64,000 nucleotides of DNA. Origin: Nitrospirales bacterium (GTDB lineage: Bacteria > Nitrospirota > Nitrospiria > Nitrospirales > UBA8639). Below are positions 1 through 9,253 of the stretch, piece by piece. A model generated the notes under the pieces. That model saw nothing but the letters and a program-made list of their open reading frames with translations. It was not told the DNA's origin and ran no database searches. Within the stretch, counting starts at the first letter, position 1. Each line of letters begins with the position of its first letter. The stretch lies in NCBI GenBank assembly GCA_963555755.3, contig OY820905.2:4160001-4224000 (forward strand). The letters are read 5' to 3'. The position numbers and the translations under genes are program-made.

Positions 1-172
1 TCGAGCAATTATCCACCTGGAGGGAGATATTCCCTCCCCCAGCAATCCTCCTGCTGGATGCCATTTCCATCCACGTTGTCCCCAGGTTGTCGAGGAATGC
101 CGACAGGCCTACCCGGAATGGGTGGATATGCATGCCGACCAAAAGGCGCGTTGTATTCGTCTGAAATCTTAA
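1..172 (+). CDS. Oligopeptide/dipeptide ABC transporter ATP-binding protein, 3' end only
   Basis: Frame from nt 2 reads [27 protein letters not shown]...RCIRLKS*, the C-terminal oligo_HPY/Cys motif. Stop TAA at 170-172. Confidence 0.85.
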   Translation, partial: RAIIHLEGDIPSPSNPPAGCHFHPRCPQVVEECRQAYPEWVDMHADQKARCIRLKS

Positions 173-350
173 GGACCTGAGCGAAAATACCTTGGACATC
201 TCGCATCCAATCTTCGGGCCATCTTTGAACGGGCCTCAATCGAAACACCCTCAACATAGCTGTGCTATGCCTCGGGGTTTTCTCAATGGTTCCGTCCAAA
301 TCCGACCCAAATCTTGGCGCGATATGTCCAAGTTATTTTCGCTCAGGTCC
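173..350. mobile_element. MITE family A (178 bp, non-autonomous)
   Basis: TIRs GGACCTGAGCGAAAATA..CTTGGACAT / ATGTCCAAG..TATTTTCGCTCAGGTCC, flanked by TAA (170-172, 351-353). Second copy at 28424-29036. Confidence 0.85.
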
Positions 351-367
351 TAATCGAATGACATTCA

Positions 368-1369
368 ATGATTGAAAAAACACTACCCAAAAATGGAGTC
401 CCCATTTTGCAGGTGAGAGGACTCAAAAAATACTTTCCCGTGCGGAGCGGGTTGTTCTCCAAGATTTCTGCTTGGGTCAAGGCGGTTGATGATGTCTCGT
501 TTGACATCAAGCCAGGGGAGACATTTGGGTTGGTAGGGGAATCCGGATGTGGAAAGACGACGGTGGGTCGGACCATTCTTCGCCTGATGGAACCTTCGGG
601 TGGAGAAGCGATCTTTGAGGGTGACAATATCTTTGACATGAATTCCAAAACGTTGCGCGCGACGCGCCGTCGGATGCAGATCGTGTTTCAAGATCCGTAT
701 AGCTCGTTGAATCCCCGCATGACCGTCGGGTCCATTGTCGGGGAGCCGCTCCTGGTGCATAAATTAGCAAAGGGGCAAGACCTCACAGACAACGTCTATC
801 AATTATTAAACAAGGTCGGATTGAGGCCAGAACATTACTCCCGCTATCCGCATGAATTTTCCGGCGGACAACGCCAGCGAATCGGCATTGCACGAGCCTT
901 GGCACTCAACCCGAAGTTCATCGTGTGTGATGAAGCCGTTTCTGCTTTGGACGTGTCGATTCAAGCGCAGATCATCAATTTGCTGAAAGATCTGCAGGAT
1001 GAATATCATCTGTCGTATTTGTTTATTACGCACGACTTGAATGTGGTGGAGTACATCGCGAATCGTATTGCCGTCATGTACTTAGGCAAGTTAGCGGAAG
1101 TTGCGCCATCCGAGACGCTGTTTTCGAACCCGAAACACCCCTATACCAAAGCGCTGCTTTCCGCGAACCCTCAACCTGACCCCACAGTACATCAAGAACG
1201 TATCTTGCTTTCAGGTGACGTCCCTAGTCCCCTCAACCCTCCCTCCGGCTGCCGATTCCACACCCGCTGCCCGGAAGTCATGGACCACTGTAAAACCGCA
1301 GAACCGCCCCTCATTCAAATTGGCAAATCCGAGGACAACCATCAGGTCTGGTGCCACTTGTATTCGTGA
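368..1369 (+). CDS. oppF: Oligopeptide/dipeptide ABC transporter ATP-binding subunit (OppF/DppF-like)
   Basis: Walker A GESGCGKT, signature FSGGQRQR, DEAVSALD, HPYT and C-terminal GCRFHTRCP. Confidence 0.9.
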   Translation: MIEKTLPKNGVPILQVRGLKKYFPVRSGLFSKISAWVKAVDDVSFDIKPGETFGLVGESGCGKTTVGRTILRLMEPSGGEAIFEGDNIFDMNSKTLRATRRRMQIVFQDPYSSLNPRMTVGSIVGEPLLVHKLAKGQDLTDNVYQLLNKVGLRPEHYSRYPHEFSGGQRQRIGIARALALNPKFIVCDEAVSALDVSIQAQIINLLKDLQDEYHLSYLFITHDLNVVEYIANRIAVMYLGKLAEVAPSETLFSNPKHPYTKALLSANPQPDPTVHQERILLSGDVPSPLNPPSGCRFHTRCPEVMDHCKTAEPPLIQIGKSEDNHQVWCHLYS

Positions 1370-1397
1370 TGCGTGAAGCGTAATGCGTGAGGAATCA
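1268..1397 (+). repeat. Direct repeat copy 1 (3' end of oppF plus downstream heptamers)
   Basis: TGCCCGGAAGTCATGGACCACTG...CACTTGTATTCGTGATGCGTGA...GGAATCA recurs at 2205-2341 with a few changes. Confidence 0.9.
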
Positions 1398-1470
1398 CAA
1401 GTAAAAATTTCTGGTCCTTCCGGGTTTTCCAATGTTAGTCCCCAGTCTGTTGTTCCTTCCCTGCATCGGG

Positions 1471-1509
1471 TCCCTCTCCGTTGTAAGGAGAGGTTAGGTG
1501 AGGTAGAGG
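1471..1509 (+). repeat. REP-like palindrome (CCCTCTCC..GGAGAGG..GGTGAGG type)
   Basis: TCCCTCTCCGTTGTAAGGAGAGGTTAGGTGAGGTAGAG. Relatives at about 12419-12450, 21179-21221 and 21975-22063. Confidence 0.65.
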
Positions 1510-1549
1510 CTTGGTACCAACGGCAAGCCATGAGGGTAGCAGCCATTGT

Positions 1550-1671
1550 GGGAATGTTGAAAAAAGCCGCCAGCGGCGTTCTCGCCCTTTTGCCGTGCTC
1601 ACGTACTGAGAGTACGCTCCGCGCGTCAAAAGGGCTGCGGCCTTGCTGGACGAACTTTTTTGAACATTCCC
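1550..1671 (+). mobile_element. MITE/palindromic repeat family E (about 122 bp)
   Basis: Ends GGGAATGTTGAAAAA / TTTTTGAACATTCCC, internal GCTCACGTAC-loop-GTACGCTCCG. Five full copies in the window. Confidence 0.85.
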
Positions 1672-1708
1672 CTCCCACTGATGTTGTCCGTCCTATCATG
1701 GGCTTCCA

Positions 1709-1978
1709 TTGGCCTTTGGAGTGAAATATTCAACAGTCCCCATCTTTAAACACCCTGAAATTTCAGGCAGGGATCGTGATGTGTCAGAGACACTCTTAGA
1801 GCCAAATCTGGTCTGTCGAAGTCGTCATGACCCAACGGTATATTTGTTTTATCGTGCTGAAGGGGACTACTATTTATGTGTTGTGGCGAAATGCCTGAAT
1901 GGGGAAGGCTTCATCGTCACTGCCTATGTAACGGATACGATCAAGGAAGGAGAGGAACTATGGCCCACGTCCGCGTGA
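1709..1978 (+). CDS. Small RelE/BrnT-like (DUF4258-type) putative toxin, N-terminus possibly truncated
   Basis: KHPE...LCVVAK...GFIVTAY pattern. Overlaps the downstream DUF2283-like gene. Start uncertain. Confidence 0.5.
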   Translation: MAFGVKYSTVPIFKHPEISGRDRDVSETLLEPNLVCRSRHDPTVYLFYRAEGDYYLCVVAKCLNGEGFIVTAYVTDTIKEGEELWPTSA

Positions 1979-2181
1979 TTCATGACCCTGTTGGGGAGAC
2001 GTTGACCGTCTACTTTGCTGAGCCACGACCCGACCAAGTGTGTGAGGAAACCGGTGAAGGGGTGATCCTGATCAAGGATCGTCAGAACGGCGAGGTGATC
2101 GGATTCGAACGCCTCCATTACAAGGCTAACCCCGGTCCAAATACTGTTACGGTGGAAACCTTAGTAGGGGACAATAGTTAG
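1960..2181 (+). CDS. DUF2283-like putative antitoxin
   Basis: ATG 1960 after GGAGAGG. HDPVGETLTVYF...EETGEGVILIKD...GEVIGFE matches the DUF2283 pattern. Confidence 0.7.
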   Translation: MAHVRVIHDPVGETLTVYFAEPRPDQVCEETGEGVILIKDRQNGEVIGFERLHYKANPGPNTVTVETLVGDNS

Positions 2182-2204
2182 TTGCCAGGACATTTAGAAT
2201 GCGA

Positions 2205-2341
2205 TGCCCGGAAGTCATGGACCACTGTAAAGCCGCAGAACCGCCCCTCATTCAAATTGGCGAATCCGAGGACAACCATAAGGTCTGGTGCCACTTGTAT
2301 TCGTGATGCGTGATCCGTAAAGCGTAATGCGTGCGGAATCA
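2205..2341 (+). repeat. Direct repeat copy 2 (orphan duplicate of the oppF 3' end)
   Basis: Near-identical to 1268-1397, with a 7-bp heptamer insertion. Confidence 0.9.
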
Positions 2342-2436
2342 GGAGTAAAACTACATAACTTATAGTTGGGTCCCATTTAATCCTATCTTTGTTTTTACCC
2401 ATTACGCATCACGCCTTACGTCTTCCCACCCCTTCC

Positions 2437-2466
2437 TTGCGGCCCTGAACAGGCGATTCGTATAAT
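2437..2466 (+). promoter_or_regulatory. Putative sigma70 promoter of amrB
   Basis: TTGCGG-18 nt-TATAAT. AGGAG RBS before ATG 2530. Confidence 0.45.
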
Positions 2467-2529
2467 CAAAAACTTGATGCCCGAGCCCTTAGCCTCGACA
2501 TATACGATTCAGCCAATTCAGGAGTTCCC

Positions 2530-3780
2530 ATGACCGAGCAAGTCAAAGACCCTAAAACGCATCCCGCGCTTCGCAATATTCAATACTCGCCCCTGAAAGA
2601 GGGAGAAGAACAATACATCGTCTTGTGGGACCCCACAGGGCTGAGTGCGGAAAAACTCATCATTCCACTCAACTTTTTTTACCTGTTTCAATTTTTGGAT
2701 GGCGAGCACTCCTTAGAACAGGTGGGTGTTGAATACTTGAAAAAATACGGCGAGTTCCTGATGCCGGACAAGTTGGATAAGCTCATTACCGACCTTGACC
2801 AAAAACTCTTCCTCGAAGGTGACCGATACGAAGCGGCTAAAATCGTCGCGATCAACGCCTATCGTGACGCGCCAACCCGTAAGCCTCAGTTTGCTGGCAA
2901 AAGCTACGAAGAAGATCCTGAAAAATTGCGCGAACAGATTGCCGGGTTCTTTACGTCCAAAGAAGGGCCCAGCGCCACTCCCTCCGGCAATAAGGGGAAA
3001 CTGATCAAAGGGTTAGTCGCGCCCAATTACGAAGTCAAAGATTCTGGGCCGATCTATGCCTGGGCCTATAAAGAACTGCGGGAAGCCGAGTCTCCGGATG
3101 TCTATATTGTCATTGGGATTGGCCATGCCGGGTTAGACGAACCCGTGGCGGTCACGGATAAAGATTTTGAAACACCGTTAGGTGTGGTCCCAGTCAATCG
3201 GCCAATCATGGATTATCTCAAGGCCAAAGGCGGCGATGAGTTGTTTTCGGAAGAGATTCGCCATCAAAAAGAACACAGTATTGAATTTCAATTGCCTTTT
3301 CTCCAGGAAACCGTTGGGAAGGAAAAGGCGATTTCAATCGTGCCGGTCCTGTGTTCCTTTCCCCCAATCAGTTTCATTGATCCCGAGCTCAAAGACTTCG
3401 CCAATCAAATTGAACAGTTTGTAACTTTGTTGAAAGAAGCCATCACCGCTTCCGGCCAAAACGTCTGTATCATTGCCAGCGCCAACCTTGCGCATATTGG
3501 CTTGCGTTACGGCGATAACACGGCCCCCACGGATTTCTCCTTCCACCGCTGCATGCAAACCGACCTCGAAATGCTCAAACACGTCGAAAATGTGGATGCC
3601 CAAAACTTTGCCCAATTTATCATCACCGAAAAAGACAAGCGCCACGTCCTAGGCTTCTCAGCCATTTATCTGCTGCTGAAACTCATTGAAGCCGAAAAAG
3701 GCGAAGTCCTCCGCTACGACCGAGAAATCGTCGATCAATTCAACTCGACGGTTACCTACGCCAGCGCCGCCTTCTTTTGA
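2530..3780 (+). CDS. amrB: AmmeMemoRadiSam system protein B (MEMO1 family) with N-terminal extension
   Basis: R.P.FAG.SY, LVAP, EHSIEFQLPFLQ, IIASANLAHIG and final VTYAS motifs. Confidence 0.85.
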   Translation: MTEQVKDPKTHPALRNIQYSPLKEGEEQYIVLWDPTGLSAEKLIIPLNFFYLFQFLDGEHSLEQVGVEYLKKYGEFLMPDKLDKLITDLDQKLFLEGDRYEAAKIVAINAYRDAPTRKPQFAGKSYEEDPEKLREQIAGFFTSKEGPSATPSGNKGKLIKGLVAPNYEVKDSGPIYAWAYKELREAESPDVYIVIGIGHAGLDEPVAVTDKDFETPLGVVPVNRPIMDYLKAKGGDELFSEEIRHQKEHSIEFQLPFLQETVGKEKAISIVPVLCSFPPISFIDPELKDFANQIEQFVTLLKEAITASGQNVCIIASANLAHIGLRYGDNTAPTDFSFHRCMQTDLEMLKHVENVDAQNFAQFIITEKDKRHVLGFSAIYLLLKLIEAEKGEVLRYDREIVDQFNSTVTYASAAFF

Positions 3781-3782
3781 AG

Positions 3783-5617
3783 CAGGGCTATTTCATATTA
3801 AAGTGTAACTTTATAGATAATAAGGAATAATCGATTTAGGCTGGCTTTTTCTTTTCGTTTACGGCATACTCTTTTGCATGCCAGACGAATCGCCAAGCGG
3901 ACAGCCGGACATTGATCTGAGGCAAGTCGTGGTTCGCCCAATTGTCCGAGACGAAAAGGACGCCTTCAAGACCCTTCTCGACAGACACCACTACCTCGGT
4001 CATGCCCCGCTGATTGGCCAATCGATACAATATCTCGCCTGTGTGCAGGATCGCTGGCTGGCCTTGCTGGTGTTTGCGGCGGCGGCCCTCAAATCGAGAC
4101 CGCGAGACCACTGGATCGGCTGGCCCCCCTGTTTTCAATGGCAACGACTCCATTTACTGGCCAACAACACCCGGTTTCTCATGCTGCCGGGCTGTTCGCA
4201 AAAGAACCTCGCCTCGAAAGTCCTGTCGCTCTGCGCGAAACGGATCTCGTCCGATTGGCAACTGTACCACGGCTACCCCTTGCTCCTCTTAGAGACCTTC
4301 GTCGATCCTGCCCGCTTCACCGGGACCTGCTATCGGGCCGCCGGGTGGCACGAGCTCGGTCTGACACGAGGGTTTCGCAAGTCGAACACGTGTTATGTTC
4401 AGCATGAGAGACCGAAGCGCATCCTAGTCGTGCGGCTGCATCCCCAAGCCCGAGAGATCCTTGCACGCCCGATGCTTGATCAGCCCTATCAGAAAGGAGA
4501 AGCGCCTCAGATGAGATTGAATACAAAACAGACGGACTCCCTCTTTACGTATGTGGTGCAGCTGACCGATCCCCGCCATTTGCAAGGGCAACGGCACACC
4601 CGACGCGCCCTCACGGCGATCATGTTCTGTGCCACCTTGTGCGGCGCGCGCGGCTATGAAGCGATCTCGGACTGGGCCCAGCAGTTATCGCAGCCGATGC
4701 GCAAGCGGCTAGGCTGTACTCAGCGAGGGGGGCGCTACCTCGTCCCGAGCCGCAGCACTCTTTACCGCTTTATCACGGCCGTCGACCCCTGTGAAGTCGA
4801 TACCCTGCTCGGCCGGTGGCTGGACACCTTCGGCGGGGAGGATCAGGGCATTGCCATTGATGGGAAGACCATGCGGGGGACGTCGAAGGTCCCAAGCGAA
4901 CAGCCCCACGTCCTCAGCGCCGTCACCCATCAAGCCGGGCGCCACCTCACCCAAAAAAAGTTCACTCCAAGACCAATGAGATCCCCTGCGTGCGGCCCCT
5001 GTTAGATGCGCTCGAGATCGCAGGGAAGGTGATCACGGCGGATGCGCTCCTCACCCAGAAAGAGATTGCCGAGTACCTGGTGCACGAACGCGGCGCCGAC
5101 TTCGTCTTCACCGTCAAGGGAAACCAGCCCACCTTGAAGCACGACATTGAGGCCTTAGCGTTGCGAGCACGCCGGTGCGATTATGCCACCACCGAGAAAG
5201 GCCATGGGCAGATCACGACCCGCAGGATCTGGTGCGATGACTCCCTGAATGCCTATGTCAACTTTCCTCATGTCCAGCAAGTCTTCTGCATTGAGAGGGA
5301 AGTGACGCATCTCAAGCAGGGCCTCACGACCGTCGAAGCGGTCTGCGGTGTCACGAGTCAGTCCAAAGACAAGGCGGGGCCGAAGACCATCCTCTCGCAA
5401 AACCGAAAGCATTGGAGTGTGGAGAATAAGCAGCATTATGTGTTGGACGTCACCTTTGATGAAGACAGGAGTCAGATACGAAGTCTCAATGGCCCGCAGG
5501 CGTGTAGACTGCTCTGGGGCAAGCCCCATTTAGCCATCCGCATGGCCCTGCCCTGAAAAAGAGGGCACAAAAAACCTCATGGAATCCCTTGCTTATAAAA
5601 AGAATGAAATGGCCCTG
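3783..5617 (+). mobile_element. ISAs1-family IS copy 1 (DUF4338-fused transposase; 69-bp in-frame deletion near the 3' end)
   Basis: TIRs CAGGGCTATTTCAT / ATGAAATGGCCCTG. 9-bp flanking repeat CTTTTGAAG at 3774-3782 and 5618-5626. Second ORF is 188 aa versus 211 aa in the other copies. Confidence 0.92.
3878..5556 (+). CDS. DUF4338(DruA-like)-ISAs1 transposase fusion, -1 frameshift at 4954-4960, lacking 23 aa
   Basis: HHYLG...NNTRFL...ETFVDP.RF.GTCYRAAGW, then DPR..G.RH and AIDGKTMRG. The -1 frame gives KTNEIP, ITADALLTQ, VKGNQP, EKGHG and HWSVEN..HYVLDVTFDED. Confidence 0.85.
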
Positions 5618-5626
5618 CTTTTGAAG

Positions 5627-7523
5627 CAGGGCTATTTCATATTAAAGTGTAACTTTATAGTGAATAATCGATTTAGGCTGGCTTTTTCTTTTCGTTTACG
5701 GCATACTCTTTTGCATGCCAGACGAATCGCCAAGCGGACAGCCGGACATTGATCTGAGGCAAGTCGTGGTTCGCCCAATTGTCCGAGACGAAAAGGACGC
5801 CTTCAAGACCCTTCTCGACAGACACCACTACCTCGGTCATGCCCCGCTGATTGGCCAATCGATACAATATCTCGCCTGTGTGCAGGATCGCTGGCTGGCC
5901 TTGCTGGTGTTTGCGGCGGCGGCCCTCAAATCGAGACCGCGAGACCACTGGATCGGCTGGCCCCCCTGTTTTCAATGGCAACGACTCCATTTACTGGCCA
6001 ACAACACCCGGTTTCTCATGCTGCCGGGCTGTTCGCAAAAGAACCTCGCCTCGAAAGTCCTGTCGCTCTGCGCGAAACGGATCTCGTCCGATTGGCAACT
6101 GTACCACGGCTACCCCTTGCTCCTCTTAGAGACCTTCGTCGATCCTGCCCGCTTCACCGGGACCTGCTATCGGGCCGCCGGGTGGCACGAGCTCGGTCTG
6201 ACACGAGGGTTTCGCAAGTCGAACACGTGTTATGTTCAGCATGAGAGACCGAAGCGCATCCTAGTCGTGCGGCTGCATCCCCAAGCCCGAGAGATCCTTG
6301 CACGCCCGATGCTTGATCAGCCCTATCAGAAAGGAGAAGCGCCTCAGATGAGATTGAATACAAAACAGACGGACTCCCTCTTTACGTATGTGGTGCAGCT
6401 GACCGATCCCCGCCATTTGCAAGGGCAACGGCACACCCGACGCGCCCTCACGGCGATCATGTTCTGTGCCACCTTGTGCGGCGCGCGCGGCTATGAAGCG
6501 ATCTCGGACTGGGCCCAGCAGTTATCGCAGCCGATGCGCAAGCGGCTAGGCTGTACTCAGCGAGGGGGGCGCTACCTCGTCCCGAGCCGCAGCACTCTTT
6601 ACCGCTTTATCACGGCCGTCGACCCCTGTGAAGTCGATACCCTGCTCGGCCGGTGGCTGGACACCTTCGGCGGGGAGGATCAGGGCATTGCCATTGATGG
6701 GAAGACCATGCGGGGGACGTCGAAGGTCCCAAGCGAACAGACCCACGTCCTCAGCGCCGTCACCCATCAAGCCGGGCGCCACCTCACCCAAAAAAAGTTC
6801 ACTCCAAGACCAATGAGATCCCCTGCGTGCGGCCCCTGTTAGATGCGCTCGAGATCGCAGGGAAGGTGATCACGGCGGATGCGCTCCTCACCCAGAAAGA
6901 GATTGCCGAGTACCTGGTGCACGAACGCGGCGCCGACTTCGTCTTCACCGTCAAGGGAAACCAGCCCACCTTGAAGCACGACATTGAGGCCTTAGCGTTG
7001 CGAGCACGCCGGTGCGATTATGCCACCACCGAGAAAGGCCATGGGCAGATCACGACCCGCAGGATCTGGTGCGATGACTCCCTGAATGCCTATGTCAACT
7101 TTCCTCATGTCCAGCAAGTCTTCTGCATTGAGAGGGAAGTGACGCATCTCAAGCAGGGCCTCACGACCGTCGAAGCGGTCTGCGGTGTCACGAGTCAGTC
7201 CAAAGACAAGGCGGGGCCGAAGACCATCCTCTCGCAAAACCGAAAGCATTGGAGTGTGGAGAATAAGCAGCATTATGTGTTGGACGTCACCTTTGATGAA
7301 GACAGGAGTCAGATACGAAGTCTCAATGGCCCAATGGTCATGACCTGTCTGAGACGCTATGCCATCAGTCTCTTACGCCTGAAAGGCTACACCAATATCG
7401 CGCAGGCGTGTAGACTGCTCTGGGGCAAGCCCCATTTAGCCATCCGCATGGCCCTGCCCTGAAAAAGAGGGCACAAAAAACCTCATGGAATCCCTTGCTT
7501 ATAAAAAGAATGAAATGGCCCTG
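5627..7523 (+). mobile_element. ISAs1-family IS copy 2 (tandem with copy 1; 7 bp shorter near the left end)
   Basis: Same TIRs. CTTTTGAAG at 5618-5626 and 7524-7532. Confidence 0.92.
5715..7462 (+). CDS. DUF4338-ISAs1 transposase fusion (about 582 aa after -1 frameshift)
   Basis: ORFs 5715-6842 and 6827-7462 join through CAA AAA AAG. Motifs as in copy 1. Confidence 0.88.
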
Positions 7524-7599
7524 CTTTTGAAGTGCCAGGTGGGAAAAAACTGAACGGTTTGTGCTAACATCAGGATCGATTTTTCTAGATGGATGAAAT

Positions 7600-7785
7600 A
7601 TGACAGTCTCTCGATCAGAAATACTCAACCTAGTCAATGAGCTTCCAGAGGAAATAGATATTGAGGAATTGATCTACCGTTTATACCTTCGTGAGAAACT
7701 CGCTGCAGCAGAAGACGATATCGCCGCCGGACGAACCATTTCCGCAGAAGAACTCAAGGCCCAAGCTAGATCGTGGCAACGATAA
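7600..7785 (+). CDS. Putative antitoxin (61 aa)
   Basis: Short acidic ORF (LPEEIDIEELIYRLY...DIAAGRTIS.EE) overlapping the downstream RelE/ParE toxin. Confidence 0.75.
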   Translation: MTVSRSEILNLVNELPEEIDIEELIYRLYLREKLAAAEDDIAAGRTISAEELKAQARSWQR

Positions 7786-8066
7786 GGTGGACACAGCGAG
7801 CTCGAGATGACCTCCAAGAAGTTTATGATTTTATATCTCGCGATTCTCCCCGTTCTGCTGAAATTTTTATAGATCGAATCATTTCATCCACTGAGCGCCT
7901 TTCTGCCTTTCCTAAAAGTGGAAGGGTGTTGCCAGAGTTTCCTGACCTCCCGTATAGAGAAATAATCGTCTCTAGTTATCGCGTCATTTACCGGCAAGAT
8001 GACGAACGCAATAATATCTGGATTACTTCCGTGATTCATGGGCGAAGAAACCTTCAAAATCCATGA
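7773..8066 (+). CDS. Type II toxin, RelE/ParE family
   Basis: IRWTQRARDDLQEVYDFISRDSP...FPKSGR..PE...YRVIY...VIHGRR. Confidence 0.85.
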   Translation: MATIRWTQRARDDLQEVYDFISRDSPRSAEIFIDRIISSTERLSAFPKSGRVLPEFPDLPYREIIVSSYRVIYRQDDERNNIWITSVIHGRRNLQNP

Positions 8067-8159
8067 ACGATGAATCCCCACACCCGTGACCCCATTTTGT
8101 CGCGATACCCCAGGACTCCAGCCATCGCAGTTTCGGTTTAACGTATACGCCCAGCTGTT

Positions 8160-8181
8160 GTAGGGTGGGCATTGCCCACCT
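8160..8181 (+). repeat. GTAG-type REP
   Basis: GTAGGGTGGGCATTGCCCACCT. Inverted partner at 10931-10952. Confidence 0.65.
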
Positions 8182-8824
8182 TTTTACTCAGCCCCCAAGC
8201 TGGATGGTGGCAATTGTAAAATAAGACTATCTCCCTCAAGCGTCTTTCCCAAAACCAGAATTTCACACGCACACCCTCACCCTTTAATTTCGAACCCTCT
8301 ATCTTTACAATGATCTCTACTCTTAGGGGTATTATTCCTTAACCGTACTGGCGGTGAATGGAAACCAAAGCCATGTTTTCTTGCAGGGTGATCATGTTCA
8401 TCAACCTCACGATGGTGTAGCGCAAATGGAAGTCAAACCAGCCCGGATGATCAGCGACGATCCCGAAAGGGGGACCGCACAATTTGGATTTGAGGGGTAT
8501 GCCAAGACCCTCGCTGATCTCATTTCGTATAAAGAAAATCCCACACCGTTTGTCCTTGGCATTTACGGCCCTTGGGGATCAGGAAAAACTACGCTCATGG
8601 AAGCGGTGAGAACTCGCCTGTCCAAGGCATCGGCATCGCCGACGCAACGTATCTGTAAATCAGTGTGGTTTCAAGCGTGGAAGTATGCCGCGGAAGACGC
8701 CATGCTTGCCGCGTTGCTGGAAGAAATTTTGCAATCCATGGGCAGAGAACAGGGCGTATTGCAACGGGCTGTGTCTGAAGCCAAAACCCTTCCCCAACGT
8801 TCCGATAAAAAAAAGATCATTCAA

Positions 8825-9253
8825 CCTAGAAACAGCAATTGGATCACAAAAGTCCGCGCAAGCTCTCAGGGTCCGTCACGAAATAACCGGGACAATTGGC
8901 CGAGACGATTTTGGAGCGAGCCAAGGAGCGAAGAGCGCGCATACCGGGAGTATGGAAGCGATGAGCGACGCCGGCGGAGCCCAAAAGCGTCCGGCCCTGC
9001 GGGGAGGCCCATCTTTGGCCCGGGGCAGCGTTGCTCCTCGGTCACAGAGCCCCGCTCTGCTCCCTCGTCGCGCCTTGCCCCGATCACAAATCTGGGCCTC
9101 CCAATTGTCCCGGTTATTTCGTGACGGACCCTTAGCGCACCTGATAAAATACAAAAATGTCTTATCACCACCGAGGTGACTACGACTTTTTGTATTTCAC
9201 CATGCACACCAATATCTTACACGGCTTTTTTGCGCCCAACTGCCGTTTCTAGG
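8825..9253 (+). mobile_element. MITE family B carrying nested MITE C (429 bp)
   Basis: TIRs CCTAGAAACAGCA.TTGG / CCAACTGCCGTTTCTAGG. 5-bp TSD TTCAA (8820-8824, 9254-9258). Confidence 0.92.
8869..9131. mobile_element. MITE family C (263 bp) nested in B
   Basis: Perfect TIR GGGTCCGTCACGAAATAACCGGGACAATTGG, flanked by TCA/TTA. Absent from the 163-bp B copies. Confidence 0.9.

Noticed and set aside
3878..4510. Druantia anti-phage system
   Set aside because: Only a DruA-like domain is present, inside IS TIRs. No DruE helicase or other dru genes are in the window.
8685..9207. ORFs of 90-200 aa over repeats (also 28407-28863, 26261-26560, 27176-27531, 34263-34560, 48016-48894, 54775-55146)
   Set aside because: They lie within palindromic MITE/REP sequences, recur wherever the repeat recurs, and show no protein motifs. 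Treated as spurious.
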